From a virus (Duplodnaviria > Heunggongvirae > Uroviricota > Caudoviricetes): a stretch of 64,000 nucleotides of DNA. Shown here piece by piece: positions 56,750 to 64,000 of the stretch (positions within the stretch are counted from its first letter, which is position 1; the number at the start of each line of letters is the position of its first letter). The DNA lies in IMG/VR virus record IMGVR_UViG_3300029288_000136; one strand, 5' to 3'. The position numbers and the translations under genes are program-made. The notes beneath the pieces are model-generated. The model made no database searches. It was given only the letters and a program-made list of their open reading frames with translations, and was not told the DNA's origin.

Positions 56750-57474
56750 AACACCAAACTAATCAAGCCACACAATCAACTGACACAATCAACTGACACA
56801 ATCAACTGACACAACTAACAGAGACAACTAACAGAGACAAACAAACCAAAAAACCAACCAAGACAACACAAGTAAACAAAGACAACCAAACACACAACAT
56901 ACCAATATGAATAAGCAAAGACAACTAACACAACTAACAGAAACAACACAACCAAACCACGCAACTAAGCAGACAAAGATAACTAAACCAAACAACAAAC
57001 TAACACAACCAAAACAAGACAACTAAAACAAGACAACTAAACCAAGACAATTAGATCATACAATAAAACCATACAACCAAACCAAGACAGATAAACTAAA
57101 AAAACTAACTAACTCAACTGTTAAGAATCAAAACAACTAACAGAGATAACATAACCAAATCACACAATTAATCAAAATAACTAAACAACACAATTAGATC
57201 ATACAACTAAACCATACAACTAACTAACACAACAAACCAAATAAAACAAATCAAAAACAACCAAACACAAACCAATCAGAAAAATTTAATATAAATACTA
57301 CAATACATATACAACTAATATATACCATACAAAACTAATTAATAAAAAACCAAATAAACAAGCACTAAAACAAACAGATATCAAAACAAATAAATACAAA
57401 AACAAATAAAAACCAAATTAATAAAAAACAAGACTAAAAAACAACAATAACATACAATCAATAAATATTACAAG
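56750..57474. repeat. A/C-rich low-complexity spacer with tandem repeats
   Basis: Plus strand is almost entirely A and C. CACAATCAACTGA x3 (56771-56809), CAACTAACAGAGA x2, ACAAGACAACTAAA x2, and ACAATTAGATCATACAA at both 57051 and 57191. Confidence 0.6.
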
Positions 57475-58893
57475 ATGACAACACCAAATCAAAAAACAAA
57501 AACCCAAAGAAGATCACAACCAATATCAACACACACACAAAACATACAAAACACCGGATTCCAAGGAATAATACCCACACTGCAAAAATTCATGTACGGA
57601 GAACAAAAAACAGACAACACCCCCGAACCGGAAATAGGAAACAAAGGATACAGCACCGGACTAACACTAAACAGGGCAAGCAAAGCAGACCTGGAAGCAC
57701 TATACATAAGCGACCCAGTAATATTCAACGGAATAAACACCTACTACAAAACAATCCTCTCAAACCCCCCAACCCTGACAAACGGATCGGAAAAAGACCA
57801 AAAAAAACTAGACCAATTCAGCAAACAAATAAAACTACAAAGAAGCATAATACCAAGCATAACCCAACACAGCCTCATATACGGAACCGCGTGGAATGAA
57901 AAAATCTACAACAAAGCCCCCAGAGGAAACATCCTACACAAAATACTCGGAATACCCACAAGAGACCCCAAACTAATGGACTTCCTAAGACACCAAAACA
58001 CCAACTACATAAGATTCAACGAAGTAGGAGAACCGGAAGGATACTGCCAATACATAGCTGACGGAATACACTACGAAGGAACCGACACCATAATAAACGG
58101 AACAAACAGCCTAAAAGCCATACCCTTCACCCCAAACAAAATAATGTGGACCAACTACATAGCAGTAGGAGACACCTATGAAGGAATAGGCCTGGTCGAA
58201 CCAATACTAAACAGCTCACTAGACAAAAACAACGCCCAAAAAGGATTCAGCGCATACATCTACCGACTAGGACACGGACTACTAGGCATCAAAGCAGGAA
58301 ACGAAAGATTCATACCCTCAACCGACATGATACACAAAGCCATACAGATCTTCAGCAACATAAACACCGAAACAGTAGTCTCCTACCCCTACTACCTACA
58401 ACCCGAAATGATCGAACCCAAAAGAGGAATAGAACGACTAAGAGAACAAGTAGACTACTTCATAGACCAACAAATAGCCGGAATCGGTTTGCCAGCATGC
58501 TTAGTAACAGGCCAAGGAACTTCTATGAACCGCAGCATCCTGGACAAAATGATGATGCTATTCTACCAAAGCCTCACCATGATCCAAAACAACATATCTA
58601 TAAGCATAGAAGACAACCTATCCCAAGAACTAATGGACATATACGGACTAGACAACCCCCCAAGACTAGAATGGCCCGACATAAACATAGAAAGCATGGA
58701 CAGCAAAGCAAACAGGCTAAGCACATACGCAAAAGCAGGCCTGCTAGGAGCCACCCCAATGCTGCAGACATACATACGACACTCAGAACACCTACCCCAA
58801 GAAGGAGACAACACGCCCAACACGCCAGACACCCAATCAAACGAAGACCAGGAGAACCACAAATCAAAGCTGGATTCAATCCTCGACTTCTAA
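57475..58893 (+). CDS. portal protein candidate
   Basis: 472-aa ORF directly after terL in head-module order. Size and position only, no motif checked. Confidence 0.5.
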   Translation: MTTPNQKTKTQRRSQPISTHTQNIQNTGFQGIIPTLQKFMYGEQKTDNTPEPEIGNKGYSTGLTLNRASKADLEALYISDPVIFNGINTYYKTILSNPPTLTNGSEKDQKKLDQFSKQIKLQRSIIPSITQHSLIYGTAWNEKIYNKAPRGNILHKILGIPTRDPKLMDFLRHQNTNYIRFNEVGEPEGYCQYIADGIHYEGTDTIINGTNSLKAIPFTPNKIMWTNYIAVGDTYEGIGLVEPILNSSLDKNNAQKGFSAYIYRLGHGLLGIKAGNERFIPSTDMIHKAIQIFSNINTETVVSYPYYLQPEMIEPKRGIERLREQVDYFIDQQIAGIGLPACLVTGQGTSMNRSILDKMMMLFYQSLTMIQNNISISIEDNLSQELMDIYGLDNPPRLEWPDINIESMDSKANRLSTYAKAGLLGATPMLQTYIRHSEHLPQEGDNTPNTPDTQSNEDQENHKSKLDSILDF

Positions 58894-58907
58894 ACCACAT
58901 AAAAAAG

Positions 58908-61094
58908 ATGCCAAACCCCCAAACTAACACCAAACCACCACATGAAAACAATGAGAAAATAGCGGAGTTGGTTCACTCCAACTCCGAAATAGGCTCGTCA
59001 GGATCCTCACCAACATCTTCCCCCGATTCCTCCGTCTCGGAAGCATCCTCGACTACGGAACCTCGCTCAGACTCGGCTTCATATCCTTCCTCGTTACAGG
59101 GATTGGTTCACGCCAATCCCACGTTACCTACGGAGTCGGTCTCTAAGACCTCCTCGACGTTACAATTACAAGATGAATCATCTGTGAATGTTACATCAGA
59201 CGTTACATTACGAGAACAAATAGCCAATCAATCCCATACTCAATGGTCTAAATGGATGGAATATCTATTCAATGAATCAAATCAATTAGAAGATGGAACA
59301 GTAAGCATCCCACCAACTAAAGTAAGCAGATGGAAGAGACAAATAGTTACAGATTACAAAGACTTAACTATAGAAGAGCAGAATAGTGACTTAAAAGAAG
59401 CAGATATCTACATACAAATCTTTAATTCATACTTACATAATTCCAAAGAGACCTTAGATAATGCAGAGTTAGTTCAATCCAACTCTGAAATGAATGAATC
59501 AAGTGAAAAACCACTGAATAAAGAAGAAAAGAACGCTCCGACCAACTGCGAACTAATGAAGCCATTCACCCCAATGCAGATGACAAACAAACAAATGAAC
59601 ATAGAAGACATCAATTACTACTTCAACGACAAATACTCAGAGAAATACATGCTATTCAACCAAACAAACAAAGGAACACACATATTCCTACATAAAGGAA
59701 GCAGATGGAACGGTTCAACAGTAAAGATATACAACGACAACAAAGAAGAGATAACTGACAGATACCCAGACATAGTATACCAAGCACCTGAACTGACAGA
59801 TTACTCCATAATAGTGGAAGGAATAATAGAAAACAATGGAACACTAGACTCTGGAACTCTAAATGGAACACCAAAAGGAACAGTAAACTCTGGAACACAG
59901 AATGAAACACTAAATGAAACACTAAATGGAACACTACAACTATACGACATACTATACTACGACCAACCGATGAACAGATCACAGCTGATAGAAAGACTAA
60001 GAGTATTATTCATGAATATAAAAGACACTGAAAACATAAAGAAGAACAGACCAATACCTGAGAAAAACATCAAACACATGATCAAACTAGCTAAAAAGAT
60101 GGGAACAGGCATAATAAGACACCTAGACTCAGCCTACCATATCAATGAACATGGAAACGACAAAGGATTCCAACTCTCAGACACTTCTGCAGCCTCCTCC
60201 ACTAACACTGATACAATATATAATAATATACATACAATAGGCAACAACACTTCTACAATACTAAAAGAGATATCAGACAAATTACCACAAACATTCATAT
60301 CAGAATTAAGCAAAGCAAAAGACAACTGGATACCATTCACACTATCAAAGCATTACAGAGGACACAAAGAAGGAAATAATATAATAATGAATAGCGTACA
60401 CCAGGATCTAAGATTCAACATCCCCAATTCAACAAACGTACAAGCAATAACGATACTAACACCAGGAAACAATGAAAATCAGGACCTACTAACAATAGGG
60501 GAAGCAGCTAGAAATGGAAAGATAAGATTCCTGGTAAAAGAACCAGAACCAATACAAAGCACAAAACCAACATACTACCAAGAGAATAACCCAGGAGCCA
60601 CAACAGTACCTGGATTCAGCATAGTAGTAGCAGAAGGCCAATACACGCTCCTGGAATCAACAGATACCAAGCTACATATCGAATTAAACTGCATAGAGTC
60701 CTCATCCAGTGAAGGAGAGCATACAGTAAGAAAAAACAAGGAAGTCATAGATAAAGCGCTGGAAGCAGGGATCAAAGTAGACGAAATAGACTGGAGTACT
60801 TTAAAAGACATATCAGGGGTGTGGAGCCTAAGCGAAGCGCATATGACAGACACTACAATACTACTTATGAGGCTTCTAAACAGGGGAACAGCAAGATTAC
60901 TTGAAAAAGTAGACAAAACATGGATGGAACAAGTCAAAAAAGGACACATACACAAGACCGGAGTAAACAAGGAAAAACTATACAAAATAGCCCTTATGAG
61001 CGAAGAAGGATACTACAGACCAGAGATAGCCAAAGAGATAGGAACAAACAAGGACACAGTATACAGATGGCAGAAAGCATTAGGATACTACTAA
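58908..61094 (+). CDS. large head-module protein with Ser-rich linker and C-terminal HTH
   Basis: Start set at the first ATG after the portal stop, because the tracked ORF start at 58497 lies in an alternative frame of portal. GC-rich Ser/Thr/Pro linker (SSGSSPTSSPDSSVSEASSTTEP). C-terminal EIAKEIGTNKDTVYRWQKALGY is HTH-like. Confidence 0.45.
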   Translation: MPNPQTNTKPPHENNEKIAELVHSNSEIGSSGSSPTSSPDSSVSEASSTTEPRSDSASYPSSLQGLVHANPTLPTESVSKTSSTLQLQDESSVNVTSDVTLREQIANQSHTQWSKWMEYLFNESNQLEDGTVSIPPTKVSRWKRQIVTDYKDLTIEEQNSDLKEADIYIQIFNSYLHNSKETLDNAELVQSNSEMNESSEKPLNKEEKNAPTNCELMKPFTPMQMTNKQMNIEDINYYFNDKYSEKYMLFNQTNKGTHIFLHKGSRWNGSTVKIYNDNKEEITDRYPDIVYQAPELTDYSIIVEGIIENNGTLDSGTLNGTPKGTVNSGTQNETLNETLNGTLQLYDILYYDQPMNRSQLIERLRVLFMNIKDTENIKKNRPIPEKNIKHMIKLAKKMGTGIIRHLDSAYHINEHGNDKGFQLSDTSAASSTNTDTIYNNIHTIGNNTSTILKEISDKLPQTFISELSKAKDNWIPFTLSKHYRGHKEGNNIIMNSVHQDLRFNIPNSTNVQAITILTPGNNENQDLLTIGEAARNGKIRFLVKEPEPIQSTKPTYYQENNPGATTVPGFSIVVAEGQYTLLESTDTKLHIELNCIESSSSEGEHTVRKNKEVIDKALEAGIKVDEIDWSTLKDISGVWSLSEAHMTDTTILLMRLLNRGTARLLEKVDKTWMEQVKKGHIHKTGVNKEKLYKIALMSEEGYYRPEIAKEIGTNKDTVYRWQKALGYY

Positions 61095-61372
61095 AAGTTG
61101 TCACTAATCTAAGTGAGAAAAATAGAGACAAAAAACCAGATAAACAACACACAACAAACCAAACACAATAAATTACAAACACAATACATTATAAACACAA
61201 CATATCCCAAACACAATACATTGAGAACACAATATATTAATATGGTTATAATAAATGATGTATTGATTTCTAATATACAATTCCAAATATACAACACCAT
61301 ATCAAATATACTCAATAAATATAAGCAAAAATATAAGTAAATAATCAGATTAAGAATACAAACAAGAAAAGA

Positions 61373-62524
61373 ATGCCAATACCCTCTGAGATACTCAAAA
61401 CAGAAGAAGACATACAAGAAATAAGAGTACAAGACATGATACTCCCATACAAGCTAAAAGACAGAATACTCTTCAGCCCAGGAGTACACAACCAATCAAT
61501 ATACACAGGAGACGTAATAGTTGACTCCTTCTACAACACCCAATGGAATGACAGAACCCTATCAATATACCTGGACCACAAAGACGAATTCACAACAGAC
61601 CCAGACACCGGCAGAAAGACAAAACATGTAGGAGCAGAAGTATCAGACTACGCAGGATACGTCAAAAACCTAAGATGCGACAAAGGACACATAAAAGGAG
61701 ACCTACACTTCACAGACCTAAACACCGCACTAAAAGTAAAACTAGGAGCACACTTCGGAATAAGCCCCAGAGGAGACAGCTACATGATAGGAAACAAAGT
61801 AAAAAAGATGCTAATAGAAAACTGGAGCATAGTAGTAAACCCAGCTATCAAGACAACATACCTAAACTTCGCGATGTGTGAAAAAACAGAAGAAGAAATA
61901 TTCACACAAAAAATAGAAGAAAACAACGACAAAGAAAACACAATAAAAAACAAATCAAAAGAACCAAGACCAATAACAGATCAAAAAATACAAATAGACG
62001 GATCAATAAAAAAACAAGAGGAAAAAACAATGACAGACGAAACTGTAAACAAAGAAGGAAACGAAAACACAAGCAAAAACGAAGCAGACAAAATAATCAC
62101 ACTAGGAGAAAAAGTAAACAAACTAGAGACAACCATGACCAAAGTAGCCAACATGATGGAAGAAGAACTAGCCTGTAAAAAGAAAAAACTAGAAGAAGAA
62201 ACAAAAGAAAAACAAACAATACAAGCACAAAAAGAAGAAGAGAATAGGAAAATACAAGAAATAGAAGCCAAAAAACAAGAAACAAAAGAAAAAGAAATGG
62301 CCGAAAAACAACTAAAAGAAGAAATAGAGACAGCAAAGATGAAAGAAATAGAAGAACTAAAAACACAAATAAAACTACTAAGAGAAGCAATAGACAAACC
62401 TGAAATAGAATCGATCAAAGACAAAGGAATAAGAGGAGCACCCTTTATAGAATCAGATACGATGAGCCTAGGAGACATGGACGAAGGAATGCTCGAATAC
62501 CTAAAAAAAGAAATAGTAATATAA
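61373..62524 (+). CDS. scaffolding-like protein (N-terminal globular part plus long E/K-rich coiled coil)
   Basis: The C-terminal 200 aa are an extremely charged helical KEEE-type repeat. Position between portal and capsid. Confidence 0.45.
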   Translation: MPIPSEILKTEEDIQEIRVQDMILPYKLKDRILFSPGVHNQSIYTGDVIVDSFYNTQWNDRTLSIYLDHKDEFTTDPDTGRKTKHVGAEVSDYAGYVKNLRCDKGHIKGDLHFTDLNTALKVKLGAHFGISPRGDSYMIGNKVKKMLIENWSIVVNPAIKTTYLNFAMCEKTEEEIFTQKIEENNDKENTIKNKSKEPRPITDQKIQIDGSIKKQEEKTMTDETVNKEGNENTSKNEADKIITLGEKVNKLETTMTKVANMMEEELACKKKKLEEETKEKQTIQAQKEEENRKIQEIEAKKQETKEKEMAEKQLKEEIETAKMKEIEELKTQIKLLREAIDKPEIESIKDKGIRGAPFIESDTMSLGDMDEGMLEYLKKEIVI

Positions 62525-62582
62525 GAACAAAACACCAAGAATAAAAACAAAAAAAAACAATAAACAAAAAAAAAGAGAAAAG

Positions 62583-62624
<42 letters not shown>

Positions 62625-62673
62625 TAAGAATAAAAAAAATAAATAAAAACAAACAGGTAAAAAAAAAAACAAG

Positions 62674-63876
62674 ATGGCAAACAACGCACCCGGAGAAGGA
62701 AGAAGCATATTTGAACTGGACCTAAAACCAGCCAAACACGCCCTAGGAGGAACATGGAAAACATTTGAACTAGCATCAGCGGTAACCCAACAATCAACAA
62801 CTAGAGGAACCGCCCTATCAACCAAATACATGCTCCTACCAGTAGCATGGGCAAAGGCTGCAATGGACGCAGCCAAAGAAAACATGAGATTCGTGGAAAC
62901 ATGCAAACAAGAACTCATGAAAGAAGGACAAAGCACCTATGTAATACCCAAAAGGACTAAATACATGGCTGACGGAGACTGGGAAGCCTCAGCGGAAGAA
63001 TACACCACAGCAAACACAGAGATGCTATGGACCGACATAACCACCCCTGACGGAGTAGAGTTCACCCCGACAGAATACAACTATGGAGTGGCCATAACAG
63101 ACAAAAACGTGAGAACCAACGCATTAAACATAGTACAATTCTGCAGAGAAGAACTACAATACAAACTGGAAAACCACCAAGACAACCTCGTAAGAAACGC
63201 CCTACTAGGAGTATCCAACTCAGTAGAAGCAACAGTGACCACGGCAGCGGGACCGGTAGCTATGAGCAACTCAGTAAACGGGGCAACCAACCTAATGGGA
63301 GGAGACGCTACAATGGCAGACCTATCCCTGGTAGACGGAGACATCCTAACAACCGAGCTGATGAAGAAAGCAGTAAGACACATGACCTCAGACAAAGGAT
63401 ACTACTGGAGTAATACGACCACACACACACCATCAGCGGTGACAAAGAACGCATGGGAACCAACAGCGTCAGAACCCCTGGTATGGTATATAGCGCCTGA
63501 GAACCGAACCCAACTACAAGACGACTCCCAGTTCATGAGCGCAGCCGAATACGGAAGCGACAAAGTACTGCTAAAAGGAGAAATAGGGGAATTCATAGGA
63601 ACCAAGATCATATGCACCACAAAGGTTACCAAATTCGTAGCAAACGACTACATATGGATGGATGGAACCATAAACCCCACCGTAAACTGCTCAGGAAGAC
63701 AAGTATCACTGCAGAAATCAGGAAAAGCGATGGGTCTAGTATACGGAGCCAAACCAACAATAGAAGTGTTCAGAGAACCATCCTACAGACAAGTAAGGAT
63801 GTGCCTGAACATGGCAGCACAAGCCAAACCCATCTACGACGACGCAATAGTAAAGATATGCGTGTCAGATGTGTAA
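62674..63876 (+). CDS. major capsid protein candidate (HK97-fold expected)
   Basis: 400-aa ORF after the scaffold-like gene in canonical order. Followed by a T14 run. No motif verified. Confidence 0.45.
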   Translation: MANNAPGEGRSIFELDLKPAKHALGGTWKTFELASAVTQQSTTRGTALSTKYMLLPVAWAKAAMDAAKENMRFVETCKQELMKEGQSTYVIPKRTKYMADGDWEASAEEYTTANTEMLWTDITTPDGVEFTPTEYNYGVAITDKNVRTNALNIVQFCREELQYKLENHQDNLVRNALLGVSNSVEATVTTAAGPVAMSNSVNGATNLMGGDATMADLSLVDGDILTTELMKKAVRHMTSDKGYYWSNTTTHTPSAVTKNAWEPTASEPLVWYIAPENRTQLQDDSQFMSAAEYGSDKVLLKGEIGEFIGTKIICTTKVTKFVANDYIWMDGTINPTVNCSGRQVSLQKSGKAMGLVYGAKPTIEVFREPSYRQVRMCLNMAAQAKPIYDDAIVKICVSDV

Positions 63877-63902
63877 AAAACGCAGACAAAACAACCAATC
63901 TA

Positions 63903-63916
63903 TTTTTTTTTTTTTT
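63903..63916 (+). terminator. T14 run downstream of capsid gene (oligo-T terminator candidate)
   Basis: 14 consecutive T, 27 nt after the stop codon. Confidence 0.4.
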
Positions 63917-64000
63917 ATTATATAATTGATGAATAGCGGCAAAAACAAGAGAGAAAAAGCCGACAAACATACGATAACCAATAAAACAAACTAAAAAACG

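Overview
This is a 64-kb window from an AT-rich dsDNA virus or provirus with tailed-phage (Caudoviricetes-like) architecture. Plus-strand structural genes sit at both ends. On the left are a 5'-truncated LamG-domain fibre gene, a 570-aa structural protein, a trypsin-like protease and an HTH protein. On the right are the large terminase, a portal candidate, a 729-aa protein with a C-terminal HTH, a scaffold-like coiled-coil protein and a major capsid candidate. Between them lies a ~47-kb block of more than 100 mostly small minus-strand genes, often coupled by 4-nt overlaps. Recognisable products there include a Cas4-like nuclease, an Hjc-like PD-(D/E)XK nuclease, an RPA-like SSB, a PAPS-reductase-like PP-loop protein and a CobS/CobT-like MoxR AAA+ plus vWA pair. 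Others are thioredoxin-like, YopX, YkgJ (CxxCxxCC), HD, HhH and CX5R phosphatase proteins and more than 15 zinc-ribbon mini-proteins. Three tRNA-like genes lie on the minus strand. Several structures stand out. (i) A tandem array of about 9 small genes at 22.7-24.7 kb is joined by a conserved nucleotide junction, AAAAGGAGGGAATGAACG-ATG, that encodes the upstream KRRE-stop and the downstream RBS and start, and that is read in different frames. (ii) A ~4.9-kb GC-richer island splits a NYN-domain gene; it carries a flotillin-NfeD operon, a GGCT protein, membrane proteins and the 3' fragment of an archaeal-type family-B DNA polymerase. (iii) The terL 5' end is triplicated in tandem, giving two upstream mini-ORFs. 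(iv) A nearly G/T-free, repeat-rich 0.7-kb spacer separates terL from portal, and an A40 homopolymer precedes the capsid gene. (v) A ~70-bp repeat occurs at both 12.1 kb and 45.3 kb. (vi) About 1.4 kb upstream of terL is non-coding, part of it GC-richer and hairpin-rich. I recognised no intact DNA polymerase, integrase, small terminase, CRISPR array or rRNA. Mixed SD-led and leaderless starts, tRNAs that do not fold without introns, the archaeal-type PolB fragment and dense N-x-S/T sequons hint at an archaeal host; this is inference only.
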